A stretch of 64,000 nucleotides of DNA from Candidatus Bathyarchaeota archaeon. GTDB taxonomy: Archaea > Thermoproteota > Bathyarchaeia > Bathyarchaeales > Bathycorpusculaceae. The position numbers and the translations under genes were made by a program. The DNA lies in contig OY969706.1 in the NCBI GenBank assembly GCA_963702095.1, positions 224,001 through 288,000 of the forward strand, read 5' to 3'. Under the pieces are notes generated by a model that was not told the DNA's origin, searched no databases, and saw only the letters and a program-made list of their open reading frames with translations. How positions within the stretch are numbered: the first letter of the stretch is position 1; every line of letters starts with the position of its first letter. Below are positions 51,366-62,661 of this stretch, in pieces.

Positions 51366-51584
51366 GTGCCTGTTGCTCTGCATATACCTTCCCTCCCCTA
51401 TTTGTTAGTTGATTCAATTTTGGGCTTTTTTGTTTTTTCTAGTATTAGAAGATGAGAGTTCCGCCCTTACGCATCTTCTTCTAGTAGGCTTGGCAACCGT
51501 CTGTGTTTTTGCGCCAAGCAGAACACCAATTTTGGTCAACAGATAAAGCAGCTTGGACATCAAAAAAGTACTCTAAGACGTGCC

Positions 51585-52037
51585 CTACTTGCGTGGAATC
51601 ACCCGTACGGCTCGAACGAGTTCTGTGCCATCGGGGGTTTTGGCGATTTGCTCCAAAATCAACCCGACAAACGGCTGCTGCTTAGTCCGAGAAGGCGACT
51701 CATACATGCCGCCCCGCCCAGTCTTAGCCACGTAGAGGAAATCCTCAATCGGCAACCCAAAATGCGCCCCCTTACCCTGCAACGTCTGCAAATAACAGAG
51801 CATCGGGCTTCTCTTCGGCGGCTCTAGCTGGTAGCGGTGCCCCTGCTTCGGATTAACCAAAACATGGTTCTGAGCCGCAAGCAACTTTACCGCCTGCCAA
51901 AGCGCAAAACACGGTGACCCTGCTGTGGCGCATTGGCGGCAGAACTTGGTTTTCCTGTCACCCATCCAGTGTATGCAGAAAGCGGTATCCATCTTACGTT
52001 TTGCTTTTGGGTTCATTGCATCACTCTGCTCGAACAT
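51585..52037 (-). CDS. Hypothetical protein
   Basis: 150-aa ORF with Cys cluster. Confidence 0.5.
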   Translation of the reverse strand: MFEQSDAMNPKAKRKMDTAFCIHWMGDRKTKFCRQCATAGSPCFALWQAVKLLAAQNHVLVNPKQGHRYQLEPPKRSPMLCYLQTLQGKGAHFGLPIEDFLYVAKTGRGGMYESPSRTKQQPFVGLILEQIAKTPDGTELVRAVRVIPRK

Positions 52038-52145
52038 CCATTTGTATGTTTGTTTGGTGGCTTCTGAGTGGGTTGGGGTGTCGGCGGCAACATTTTTAAA
52101 TAGTTGTAAATAGTTATTACTTTACAAACAGGCAGGCTAACACAC

Positions 52146-52640
52146 ATGAAAGTCACAAGCACCTTATCGGCTCCCCTTAGTCAAACACAAAAAACCGTCT
52201 GGTCAATGATAACAAAAGGGCTATCCACCACAACCATCGCTGAAAAACTAAAAACCACCCGCCAATTCGTCAACCAAACCAAACTAGCCGCAGAAGCCAA
52301 ACTCTCCACAACTCTGCTAGACATAGCGCAGGCAAACGATTTCCAAGTCACTAAACTCTACCCCCAACAAGGCATGCTCTTAGGCTACCATCCGGGATTG
52401 AAACGCAAGGCAATTCTCACTTACAGCACCAACTACGGCATAAAAGTCTGGTACTGGCATAACAACGCCGAAGAGGTAACAAATGAAGAATTCCTTCGCC
52501 AAACACGCATTTATCTGCTTGATGTCGCAAAAGAAAGAGGCATAGAAATCGAAGACGCTGAGAAGCTGCATCCGGCAAGGCTTGCAGCCTTAATTTTTTC
52601 CAAGCTGATGCCTGACGCGGGACTAAGCGAACAGCAATGA
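52146..52640 (+). CDS. HTH regulator heading the ABC operon
   Basis: GLSTTTIAEKLKTTRQFVNQ. Confidence 0.7.
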   Translation: MKVTSTLSAPLSQTQKTVWSMITKGLSTTTIAEKLKTTRQFVNQTKLAAEAKLSTTLLDIAQANDFQVTKLYPQQGMLLGYHPGLKRKAILTYSTNYGIKVWYWHNNAEEVTNEEFLRQTRIYLLDVAKERGIEIEDAEKLHPARLAALIFSKLMPDAGLSEQQ

Positions 52641-53566
52641 CGAATCAAGCAAACGTTTTAGGTAGTTTTGTGGGTGTAACCAAAACTTTTGGTAACCACA
52701 AAGCATTGGATGGGCTAAACTTTAAGGTTTACAAGGGCGTCAACGGTTTAATCGGTCCCAATGGCGCAGGTAAAACTACTACAATCAAGCTGATTTTAGG
52801 ATTAATTAGAGCAAACACGGGACAAGCGGAAATGTTTGGGCTCGACTGCTGGCAGCAATCACAAGAAATCCGCTGCAAAATCGGCATACTCTACGAAAAA
52901 ATAGCCTTCTATGAGCACCTGTCAGGGTTTGAACACCTAAAGTTCATAGCAAAAATCAAAGGCGTCACTGACCCAGCATCAGAAAGTAAAAAGGTGCTCA
53001 AACTTGTCGAACTTGACGGTGAAGCACAAAACAAGCGCATAGGCACCTACTCGGCAGGCATGAAGCAACGAATAGGTTTAGCACACGCACTTTTGGGCAA
53101 ACCTGACCTTGTGATTCTTGATGAGGCCACGTCAAATTTGGATCCGTTGGGCAGGGAACACGTAATCAGGTTAGTTAATGAACTTAAAAAGGAGGGGTAC
53201 TCGTTTCTGATTTCAAGCCATATTTTACCTGAACTGGAAAAGGTTTGTGAACACATCTTTTTGATGAATAAAGGTCGAGCCGTAAGGCAGGGGCTACTTA
53301 CAGAATTGCTTGGAGAAATTTCTCCTCAGACATTTGCAATTAAGGTTCAACCAATTGCACCACTGTTTGAACTGCTGAAAAACGAAGCATGTGTAAAAAC
53401 AGTGACCCTAAACAACGGCACATTAATTGTTGACACAAAAGACCCCAATGCCTTCAAGCAGCGACTTCCATTGCTTGCCTCCGCGGCACATGTCTCTCTT
53501 GAAGAAGTCAAAGCAGGCGGCAAAGACTTGGACGCCCTATTCAAACTGGCAGTTGAGGAGACCTAA
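52637..53566 (+). CDS. ABC transporter ATP-binding protein
   Basis: GPNGAGKTT, YSAGMKQR, ILDE, SSH. Confidence 0.95.
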   Translation: MTNQANVLGSFVGVTKTFGNHKALDGLNFKVYKGVNGLIGPNGAGKTTTIKLILGLIRANTGQAEMFGLDCWQQSQEIRCKIGILYEKIAFYEHLSGFEHLKFIAKIKGVTDPASESKKVLKLVELDGEAQNKRIGTYSAGMKQRIGLAHALLGKPDLVILDEATSNLDPLGREHVIRLVNELKKEGYSFLISSHILPELEKVCEHIFLMNKGRAVRQGLLTELLGEISPQTFAIKVQPIAPLFELLKNEACVKTVTLNNGTLIVDTKDPNAFKQRLPLLASAAHVSLEEVKAGGKDLDALFKLAVEET

Positions 53567-53568
53567 GC

Positions 53569-54384
53569 ATGGATTCAAAAGGTGCAAAGATGGCGTTGCT
53601 TAAGACAGAGGTTAAGCGGGTTTGGGGTTTTCCAGTTCTTGAATTAGCCGCGGGTTTTTTGGCTTTTATTGCGGTTACAATGATTCCTACATTGCAAGAA
53701 ATAGTGAATCAAAGTAAGGCACAAGCCACCTTTAATGGGATTGTAGCAAAATCGGTCTACGACGCGATGAGCGCACAGTTGCTGCCTATCGGTTTATTTT
53801 GCGGCATACTAGTTGCGTTGTCGTTTGCCAAAGATTACGAGCAGGGGTTAATGCAGACGCTGCTGTCTTCGCCATTGTCGCGTTCAACCGTGTTTATTGT
53901 AAAATTTGTCGCTGTAACAGTACCGCTGACACTGCTGACTTGGGGCATAACCACCTTTATGATAGCCCTTAACTACAGCTTAGGCGGAGCCACCGTTTCT
54001 TTGCTACTCCAAGCCGCAGCGGCTTCATTGTTAACCACGTTTTTATCGGTGTTTTTCTTTGGCGGTTTAGCCATCTTAATTGCGTTAACGGTTAAACGGA
54101 CCATTCCGACAGCCCTTGTGACAATGATGCTAAGTTTTCTAATGTACTTTGTAACTACGCTAAGGGCTGAAACAATAGGGTCTTTAGCGAATTATATTGC
54201 GGTTACTCCTTTCAAAGCGCCGCTTGTTGGGCTTGGCAAACTGTTGGGCGTAGGTTTTGCGGAGAATACGCTTGAGAGTTCCGTGCCTGCCCTTGGATTT
54301 TTGGCTATTGCTTTGGTTTATGAGTTGGCGCTTGTGACGCCAATGTATCTTTATTTTACTAGGAGGTTTGAAGTACGAGAATAA
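53569..54384 (+). CDS. ABC-2 type permease
   Basis: DYEQG....LSSPLSR....KF; six TM. Confidence 0.88.
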   Translation: MDSKGAKMALLKTEVKRVWGFPVLELAAGFLAFIAVTMIPTLQEIVNQSKAQATFNGIVAKSVYDAMSAQLLPIGLFCGILVALSFAKDYEQGLMQTLLSSPLSRSTVFIVKFVAVTVPLTLLTWGITTFMIALNYSLGGATVSLLLQAAAASLLTTFLSVFFFGGLAILIALTVKRTIPTALVTMMLSFLMYFVTTLRAETIGSLANYIAVTPFKAPLVGLGKLLGVGFAENTLESSVPALGFLAIALVYELALVTPMYLYFTRRFEVRE

Positions 54385-54956
54385 ACATAACCCGCTTAGG
54401 CCTTGTTTGCCTAATCATCGGTTTAATCATAATGATTAACGCTGCCTCATCCCATGTGAGTCTGATAAGTAACGTCGTTGATGGCGAAATTGATTCAGGC
54501 GAAACATCGTGTAAAGTCCTGTTTATGGCACCTGTAGGTAAAGGCAACCTAACAGTAGGATACAACATACCACCCGGAAAGAACAGCGCATTGTCTCAAT
54601 TTCTTCCTGAATATGTAGTTTTGCCTGTTAATCTGAAAGTCATTGATCCAGCCGGCCATACGCTGCTCGAACAAGATATAATCACACCTGCCAGCTTCCC
54701 AATTAATTTCGATACAAGAGGCGAATACAAAGTCTACTTAACCAACAATGGTTCGGAACGCAGCGGTATCGGAATCGGCACAATGTTTGAATCAGGTAAT
54801 CCTCAAAACCGAGAAGCAGACAAATACTTGCTCGCCTCAGCTTTAATTGTAGCCGGTGTCGTTTGCACGTTGGCTGGTTTAGCGTTAAATCTGGTTTATA
54901 GAAGGCTGAGTAAAACAAACTCTAAAATCTTAAAACAAACTGGTGTAAAACCATGA
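54381..54956 (+). CDS. Membrane-anchored protein, possible ATA start
   Basis: The frame extends upstream of ATG 54432 to give a full signal helix. Confidence 0.6.
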   Translation: MNITRLGLVCLIIGLIIMINAASSHVSLISNVVDGEIDSGETSCKVLFMAPVGKGNLTVGYNIPPGKNSALSQFLPEYVVLPVNLKVIDPAGHTLLEQDIITPASFPINFDTRGEYKVYLTNNGSERSGIGIGTMFESGNPQNREADKYLLASALIVAGVVCTLAGLALNLVYRRLSKTNSKILKQTGVKP

Positions 54957-55567
54957 ACTGCCGCATACATATTACAACTCAAGGCTGGCTTCCACAAGAC
55001 CCCTACATACCAAGCCACCTAAAAATTGCCTCTAACAAGCACAGACAAATAAGCAAAGCAAAAATTTTTGCTGGATCAACTTTGCTGCTCATTGGCTTAA
55101 TTGCATTCTCGATGTTTCTTGGGGCTTCGGAACAGTCCTTCGGGGCTTTGGATTACACTTATACCTTGAATCCCGGCGTCAAGGATTCGCCCTTCTTTGT
55201 TTCAAGCACATATCATACAGCGAATTCTTACGATAGGCAACCAACCCATGACGGCAAAATTATAGTTAATGGAGGAACAGTTGAGCTCACAGTGCAAGAC
55301 TCAAAAGATAGTCGTCAAATAATCAGCACAACAATCGATGATACATACTCTTTTAGTATTCCAGCCAGTAGGGACTATGAATTTGTTTTTCACAATGTAG
55401 GCAGCCAGAAAGCAAGAGTGACCTTAGAATATGGAACAAATGCGACATATATGGTTCCGCTGATTATCGGTTCAGTTGCGCTGTTAGTTACTGCTCTTCC
55501 CGGAACAGTTCTGATCGTGAAGGGGCTTAAAGGCAAAAAAGCGCCTATGATGATGCCGCTAAATTAG
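54953..55567 (+). CDS. Membrane protein with GOLD-like loop
   Basis: Two TM flanking a beta-rich domain (Y.FVFHN). Confidence 0.6.
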   Translation: MNCRIHITTQGWLPQDPYIPSHLKIASNKHRQISKAKIFAGSTLLLIGLIAFSMFLGASEQSFGALDYTYTLNPGVKDSPFFVSSTYHTANSYDRQPTHDGKIIVNGGTVELTVQDSKDSRQIISTTIDDTYSFSIPASRDYEFVFHNVGSQKARVTLEYGTNATYMVPLIIGSVALLVTALPGTVLIVKGLKGKKAPMMMPLN

Positions 55568-56490
55568 CGGTCTTGGAAAAGCCACTGGTATGCCCTGTGC
55601 ATGACGTCTAGCACGTTCTGGGGCGGAATGATGCCTTCTTCGCAGATTATGCCGTGGATGTAGCGGTTGGGTGTGACATCGAATGCGGGGTTTTTGACTT
55701 TAAGTTGCGGAGGCGCTTCAGCCCAGACTTCGGCGGGACTTCGCTGCTCAATCTTCTCGCATCCGCCATGTAGGGTTTCGGGGTCGAACTTTAGCAACTC
55801 AGACACCACGTAGAAGGGCACACGAGACTCGCTTGCGATAACTGCTATGCCGCCTGTCCCAATCTTGTTAACCACATTGCCTTCTGAGGTGATTGCGTCG
55901 GCGCCCACGAAAACCACATCCACATCAGCCATGAACGTTCGAGCAGCGGAGTCCACGATGAAAGTGGTGTCGATGCCCAGCCCGACTAGTTCTTTGGCAG
56001 TGATTCTGCCCTGGTAGGCGGGGCGGGTTTCTGTGCAGATTACTCGGAAGTCTACGCCGTCGGCTTTGGCTTTGGCGAGCATGCGGGTGACGGTTGAGCT
56101 GTGGCAATGGGTGAACACAACTGATCCGTCGCCTATGCGTTTGGCGCCGATTTCGGCAGTGCGGTCCCGTGAACTGTCAAGGTCACTGAGGAACTTTTCG
56201 GCGTGAGAAATCACAATCTGTTTGAGGTCGCCGATTTCTTCTGTCTGCGCATTTATGGTTTGGTTGATTACATACCGCAGTCCATTGCGCATCAGCGGCT
56301 CGGTTTCTCGGGCAGCAGAAAACAGCCCCTGCGCATCCCGCAGTTCCCCTAAGAGTTCGGTTTTGGTTTTGGCTTGGGTTTTTTCTGCGAGGGTTTGGAG
56401 GGCTTCCACAGCGGCGATGGCGACGTTTCGGGCACCTTGAACGTGGAGCAGGCGAATTTTCTCCGCCGTTGTTTGGATGTTTTCTGCCAT
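55564..56490 (-). CDS. Ribose-1,5-bisphosphate isomerase / eIF2B-family protein
   Basis: VQGA, THCHS, ETRP, GADAI, NKIGT, NPAFDVTP. Confidence 0.9.
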   Translation of the reverse strand: MAENIQTTAEKIRLLHVQGARNVAIAAVEALQTLAEKTQAKTKTELLGELRDAQGLFSAARETEPLMRNGLRYVINQTINAQTEEIGDLKQIVISHAEKFLSDLDSSRDRTAEIGAKRIGDGSVVFTHCHSSTVTRMLAKAKADGVDFRVICTETRPAYQGRITAKELVGLGIDTTFIVDSAARTFMADVDVVFVGADAITSEGNVVNKIGTGGIAVIASESRVPFYVVSELLKFDPETLHGGCEKIEQRSPAEVWAEAPPQLKVKNPAFDVTPNRYIHGIICEEGIIPPQNVLDVMHRAYQWLFQDR

Positions 56491-56562
56491 TTTTTTCAAC
56501 CTTTGATCTCTGTTGATTAGGATATTTGTGGTGAAGCATATAAGCAGATTCGTATCAACTGG

Positions 56563-57713
56563 TTGGTGAGTGTTATGTTGCCTGACCAAGACGCCATAAA
56601 CAGCATTCTGCGGCCGTATGTGCAGCCGTGGTACGATTCGCTCTTGGACCCAGCGCAGGCGCAGATGGGGGTGTTGGCTGATTTGCTGCCAACGTATGCT
56701 ATCACGGATTATGGCATGAGCCACAACGCCTCTGAAATTAAGCAGTTCTCAGATTTTCAGGCAAATTTTCCCATAACTAACTATAACGGGCTTGCTCCAT
56801 ACCTCGCATGGGTTAAAGAAGGTAATTATAAAGCGCTTCTGCCTGAACCGCCCCAAGCTTGGGTTATGACCCGCGGCTCCACAGGGCACAGCAAAGTCCT
56901 CCCAGCCACCCAAACCCACCTCAAACAAATCTACAGTTGCGGCGCAAGAGCCATCCTCAACTATGCTGTCAGGAAAAAACAGTATGACGTGTTTTTAGGT
57001 GTAATTTTGAACCTCAATTTCCCCTCAAGCGTCCACACCATGACCCAAGACGGCAAAAAGTTAGCTACGGCTACAGCAGCGGCACCTACGCCCGATTAAA
57101 TCCCATGTTTGACCGCGTCAGCCTCCTGCCCCGCCAAGAAGACATCGACAAACTCGGCAGCGGGATTGGCAGAAAAGACTGGCAGCAACGCTTCGAACTC
57201 GTCTATGAAATGGCGAAAGACCAGAACGTAACCGCCACCATGGGTGTAACCTCCGTTATCCTCTCCTTTGCCCGATACATCAAACGCAAATACGGCAAAC
57301 TCCCCAAAGACATCTGGAAGCCACAGGCGCTTTTCTGCACCAGCGTCCGCAAAATCCAATACAAATACGGCCCGATCCTGCAAAAATACTTCGGCGAGGT
57401 GCCCATCGTTGAGATGTATACGGCGACGGAGGGTGTGTTTGGGCAGCAACTCGATGACAACCCCTACATAACGCCGAACTATGACGCTTACCTCTTTGAA
57501 GTGGCAACAGGCAAAGGCGTAAAATTGCTACATGAGCTTAAACGGGGCGAATGGGGCAGCCTCGTAGTTTCTTCATGTATGCTGCCACGGTATGAAATAG
57601 GCGATTTGATTGAAGCAGCGGGCAAAAACTATTATCGGGTCTTCGGACGAAAAAACACTTTGACGTTGCTGGAGCATCGGTTGTACCGCGCTTTTCTGGG
57701 TTGGCTGCTCTAA
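56563..57713 (+). CDS. GH3-family acyl-adenylate-forming protein, frameshift near 57058
   Basis: TRGSTG.SK, YTATEG, RYEIGD; two ORFs join at an A5 run. Confidence 0.8.
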
Positions 57714-58114
57714 TGCGGCATAGGGCTGTGTCTGCGGGCGATGACTGCCACGTAGACTGCGCCGATTATGATGATTATGCCGATGATGAGCAACATCAGT
57801 GCCCAGCTTTGGCTTGGATCCACAAGGGGGGTGCCGCTTATTTGCAGCACAGAGAAGACGCCTATGGTTATTAGGATTAAGCCGCCGATGAGGTAGCCAA
57901 CAAAGCCCCGTTCGCCTTTCTCCTGTTTCTCTCTGCCCTCATGTTTTTCCTGTTTTTCGTCCTTCTCGTTTTTCTCTGATTTCTCGTGCCTCGGCGGATA
58001 AGTCGGCGGAGGAACCGGCGTTGCCGCTTCTGCACCATTCAGAGATGCCCCGCAACGTGGGCAAAACGTCATGGTGTCATCGACTTTGTTGCCGCATTTC
58101 GGACAATAAGACAT
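57710..58114 (-). CDS. Zinc-ribbon membrane protein
   Basis: YCPKCG...FCPRCG; EK repeats; two TM. Confidence 0.8.
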   Translation of the reverse strand: MSYCPKCGNKVDDTMTFCPRCGASLNGAEAATPVPPPTYPPRHEKSEKNEKDEKQEKHEGREKQEKGERGFVGYLIGGLILITIGVFSVLQISGTPLVDPSQSWALMLLIIGIIIIIGAVYVAVIARRHSPMPH

Positions 58115-58214
58115 TGAACTTTTCTCCACTACTCATTTTATCTGCTCTGACTATTTAAAACATGCACTTGCCCACTTAGCAGAAAGATATATCTGCCTTT
58201 TATTCCATTTTTGA

Positions 58215-58730
58215 ATGGAGAACGACGGTTTGATTAGTGCCAAGTGGGGTCACGGTTTATCTGATAAAAGAAAAGAAAACCTTGTAACCGCCATTTATGT
58301 GGGCTCAGTATTTATCGCTTTAGCGGTTATCTACATTAGCCATCTCCCCAGCAGCCTCTGGAATCAGATAGTGGATTTCTTTATGTCCCTCACCCTTGCG
58401 CCGGTACCAGGAACTGGCATCGCCCTGCCTGCCCCCATCGACCCCACAGCCTTCACTGAACTCTACATGGCAGGATTCCAGTTTGCCATAGCTGTGGGTG
58501 CAGTCGAAATTGGGATATTGCTGCTTCGGGTGATGATGCGTTCACCGGTGTCACGGAAAGCTGAAACCATCGAAAACCTGGTGTTCTGGCTTTGCACAAG
58601 CTTCCTCATAATCACCTATCTGGTCAACGCGACGATTGCGGCTGAATGGTTCGTGTTCTGGTCGGGTATAATATTGATTTTTGGGTTAGCACTCATTGCC
58701 CGATCATTCGTGTTAATAGCTAAACGATAA
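58215..58730 (+). CDS. Membrane protein
   Basis: Four hydrophobic helices. Confidence 0.7.
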   Translation: MENDGLISAKWGHGLSDKRKENLVTAIYVGSVFIALAVIYISHLPSSLWNQIVDFFMSLTLAPVPGTGIALPAPIDPTAFTELYMAGFQFAIAVGAVEIGILLLRVMMRSPVSRKAETIENLVFWLCTSFLIITYLVNATIAAEWFVFWSGIILIFGLALIARSFVLIAKR

Positions 58731-58731
58731 G

Positions 58732-59478
58732 CTATTTCTGTTTAATTTTTAGGGTCCACCAGAGCCCCATGATCTGCCAGAACATACTCCATGAGTCTTT
58801 GGCAAGATGGACTTTTGTATCTTTGCCGCTTTTCCACTCCACAGGGAACTCGTTGATTTTATAGCCGTGGCTGTATCCGCGGACCATGACTTCGGTGTCC
58901 CAGAACCAATGCGTCGCCTTAACCTCACCCAACAAACTCAAAAGCGATTCCCGCTTGAACGCTTTGAATCCGCATTGGTGATCATAGAGTTTGGAGCCCA
59001 ACATGTGGCGGACCAAGAAATTGTAGGTTTTCGAACTAAAGCCCCTGCTAAATGTGCGCTCCGCTGCGCTCTGCGGCATCATGCGTGAACCCGTTGCGAA
59101 ATCGTAGCCTTCCAAGCTGATGGCTTCGACCAGTGGCTTGAGGAATTTTAGGTCAGTGGCCAAATCCAAATCCATGTAAACCAAGACTTCGCCGCTGCTC
59201 TGCTTAAACGCGTTGTTGAGCGCTGTTCCCCGCCCTAATCTGGCATCTCTATGAATATGCCTGACGCAGGGGTACTTCTGCACCAATTCTTCGGCGCGTT
59301 CTGCGGTGCCGTCGGTGCTGCCGTCTTCAGCGATGATTATTTCATAGGATTTGGTGAATCTGTTTAGGGTTTGGATTGTTTTTTCCACTGCCGGAGCTAA
59401 GTAGTCGACTTCGTTGTAGGCGGGAAGCACCACTGAAACCTGCACTTTCCCGCTGATGGGGGGTTGTGTCTGTGTCAT
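58732..59478 (-). CDS. GT2 dolichol-phosphate glycosyltransferase
   Basis: PAYNE, EDGSTDGT, DLD, GSR, DHQCGFK, WDTE. Confidence 0.9.
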   Translation of the reverse strand: MTQTQPPISGKVQVSVVLPAYNEVDYLAPAVEKTIQTLNRFTKSYEIIIAEDGSTDGTAERAEELVQKYPCVRHIHRDARLGRGTALNNAFKQSSGEVLVYMDLDLATDLKFLKPLVEAISLEGYDFATGSRMMPQSAAERTFSRGFSSKTYNFLVRHMLGSKLYDHQCGFKAFKRESLLSLLGEVKATHWFWDTEVMVRGYSHGYKINEFPVEWKSGKDTKVHLAKDSWSMFWQIMGLWWTLKIKQK

Positions 59479-61328
59479 GGCGCGAAATACCAGCTTGGGA
59501 ACCACTTCAGATAATGAATGTACTCAGACGTTGCTGGGGCACCCTGAGATGACAGGATAGAAAGCTATGAACATGGCGACGGTTGCAGCGAATATGGCTA
59601 TGGCAGCTACTTTGCCGGCGGGTTTATGCCAGTACTTGTTGATAAAGTAGGTTATTGCCAGGCAGAGCAGGGGTACGCTTAGGTAGTAGTGGTAGATGTA
59701 GGTGGCTCTGCCTATGAAAACGTATGGCAACCAAGAGAACGCGTACACGACTAAGATGAAGATCGCTGCTGCATCCCATCGTTTACCCCGTAAGCTGATG
59801 TGTTCTTTCTTGGTTATGCGTCTCCATAGCTTCGGAGCCCACTCATCTATGCGGAACGCAATTACCGCAAGCACTATCACGGCGCCAAAGCCCACCCACC
59901 ACACAGCGGGGTTGCCCAGTACCGTGATGGTGGAGAGTTGGTTGTTGGGTAAACCATAGGTTATGTCGAACCAGCGGGGCACAGTTGCGCCATCGAACCT
60001 AAACATCAAGGGCCAAGACCACCAAGGCGAAGAAGAAGCATCCACAACAGTGCCTGAATGGAAGGAAAACATGGCGTTCTGCAGGTTCCAAATGGTGCCC
60101 AAAGAGTCGCCCATCAGCATCTCTGGGATGTAAGTTGCAAAGTAAATGCCGACGAATACTCCGACAAAAGCCAGCATCAACAGGAAGGGGCGACTGAAAA
60201 ACGCCACATACTTGTCGCTTAAGCTGCCCTTGAGGTTCTTAACGTCTCGTAACCGCAGCACACAAGCAACCCCAGCATACCTAAAGCGCCGAAAAGTGAA
60301 AACCACTTCGTCGAAAACGCCAACGCCGCACAAACCACCGCCAAAAACAGCGGTAAAACCGAAGTTTTCCAGCCGCTTTTTAGCACATTAGCAAAGTACA
60401 CTAAGAAGAACAACTGGGTAAGCAAGGAGAAGAACACCACATAGGTGTCTACGGTGCCTATGCGTGCCATGGTGAAATGCATGAAGTCAAAGGTGAACAG
60501 GAACGCTGCGGAGAAGCCGCCGATCCAGGTTCCGAACAGTTTTTTGCCCAACAGATACATCAGTGGGACCATCAAGGTGCCGAATAAGGCGCCCATGATG
60601 CGCCAGCCAAACGGAGTGTCACCGAAAGCCGCTATGCCCGTTGCCTGAATGAGTTTGCCCAGTGGCGGATGTGTCCGCTCCAATGGGATAACGTGGTTGA
60701 GGTAGTCTTCGGCTGCCCGTGCAAAGTAGACTTCGTCAAAATACATTTTTGACATGTAAGTTGGCGGTATCTGCAGGATGCTTTGTTCATCGACTAGGTT
60801 GGTCAGTGTTGAGTCGGTGTTTTCCAATCCGACTATGCCAACGATGGGGATTTGGGTGTTGTCGCTTTGGCTTGAAATCCCGATTTCGGAGATTTCCACG
60901 TAGGGCGAAGGTTCTTCGTCGGTGGGGTTGGTGATGCCCCAGTTAGAAAAGTTGGGTCGGGAATCATAAGTTACCGCTTCAATGTCAAAGCGCAGGTACT
61001 GCGTAGTTGTGAATAAGCCGACTTCTTTTTGAACGGAGTAGTCGGTGCCTCTGTCTTGGAGGCTAAAGTTGCCGATAAACGTCCAATCGCCCGGCGAACC
61101 CGAATAGGCGGATAGTGTGCCGTTGCCAGTTTTTACCCAGAAATAAGCGTTTTTCACCTGTTGAGAGGACCCTAAATCAATGTAGAAGCTCTGATGCGTC
61201 GTATTCTGCCATTGTGTTTTGGGTGCCTGGACTTCGCCTAGGTTCCAAGCGGCTATGCCAAAGAAGAGGACTGACAGCAAAACGATGGTTAAGACGTCTT
61301 TTTTGGTTATTTTTAGGTCAAAGATCAC
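59475..61328 (-). CDS. Dolichyl-phosphate-mannose protein mannosyltransferase (GT39-like), two frameshifts
   Basis: FDEVYF, HPPLGK, FGWR, KW, WSWP, GNP, YIYHY; indels near 60262 and 59541. Confidence 0.85.
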
Positions 61329-62572
61329 TTTGGCACCTCACCTCTCTCATTTGCCTGCTCCGGCAAGGCGGATTTTAGCATTGATTTGCCTCTTAGTTCC
61401 TCGAAGAGGAGCACTGTGGCATAGAAGAACATGACTAAATTAATAATGCTTACCGCTAGAACCACCAAATCTCCGCTGGGAATAAACGCGTTCATGTTTA
61501 GGTAGTAGAGAACGTAGGCTTGGTTGACAAATAAAGTAGCGGATAAGACAACGTAGAACAAGCGGATTTTTTTGGCAAACGGCACCAGCAAAACCAGCAT
61601 GCTAATGGCTGGAAACAGGTACCGCTCGTGGATACGCGTGGGCAACATAAAGAAGCTGAATAGCAACATAAACGCTGCAAAAAAGGCAAGCATTTCGCCT
61701 GAAACGTGAAAACGCCTATACAGAACAAAAAGCGTCAAGACAGAGAAAACGCCGAAGAGCACCCAACCTATGAGGTAGAGACCAGTATCAGACAGCCAGA
61801 GCCCAAACAGCCCCCACAGGTTAAACGCATTAATCGAAGTGTATTGGTAACCGTTGTATGCGCCAAAGTAGATTCTGCTCAGGAAATCCACGGGGTTGCT
61901 CCATTCAAACGGCAGAATAACCAAGAAAATCGTCGCCGCAAACGCGCTAATCGACGTCAAAAGCCTCTTGGCGCCGCTCTGCATAAAAATAACCAATGCA
62001 ACCAGCGGCAACAATGCGATGCCCTGTGGCTTAGAAAGCAGTGCCAACGCAAAAATCACCGCTGAAACCTCAGGCTTCCGCTTCAACGCAAAGATTAGCG
62101 AGAGCACCAAGAAGAGGGTATAGATGGCGTCGAATTGTCCCCACACGGCGACGTTGAAGATTATGGCTGGGTTGAATGCGTAGAGGGCGGTGGCTAATAG
62201 TGTTTGGTTGGTGGTGAGTTTTTGGCGCAGGAACAGGTAGATGACGGCTATGGTGGCTAAGTCAAAGATTGTGGGGACTACTTTTACCATGTAGTAGATG
62301 TTGATGTTAAGTGAGTGGGATAGGTTGCCGAAGAACCAGAAGAGGTAAATGTTTAGGGGCGGGTAGTCGACCCATGCTGTTGCCGGGTTGCTCCAGAGGA
62401 TGCTGTAGAAGGGGCGTACGCCGTTGTCTGCTGCTGTGTTGAACCATGAAGCGAAGGAGGCAAGGTCGTTTTGGTAGCCTTGGAGGGGGAACAGGGCAAG
62501 CCTGATTACGAGGGCAGCGAGCAGGAGGACTATTAAGCCTATGACTTCACGTTTGTGGAGCGAGAAGTTTAT
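61325..62572 (-). CDS. GT-C fold mannosyltransferase, possible ATA start
   Basis: In-frame upstream DYPP; NP, WGQFD, KPQ, HERY; GAGGGG before ATA at 62572. Confidence 0.8.
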   Translation of the reverse strand: MNFSLHKREVIGLIVLLLAALVIRLALFPLQGYQNDLASFASWFNTAADNGVRPFYSILWSNPATAWVDYPPLNIYLFWFFGNLSHSLNINIYYMVKVVPTIFDLATIAVIYLFLRQKLTTNQTLLATALYAFNPAIIFNVAVWGQFDAIYTLFLVLSLIFALKRKPEVSAVIFALALLSKPQGIALLPLVALVIFMQSGAKRLLTSISAFAATIFLVILPFEWSNPVDFLSRIYFGAYNGYQYTSINAFNLWGLFGLWLSDTGLYLIGWVLFGVFSVLTLFVLYRRFHVSGEMLAFFAAFMLLFSFFMLPTRIHERYLFPAISMLVLLVPFAKKIRLFYVVLSATLFVNQAYVLYYLNMNAFIPSGDLVVLAVSIINLVMFFYATVLLFEELRGKSMLKSALPEQANERGEVPK

Positions 62573-62661
62573 CGTGTTGACCCCTCTCTAGGGGCAATAC
62601 TGATGCTTAAACATAAGAAGCTTTTTCCAAAACCAACCCAACAACACAGGCAAAAACGGAG

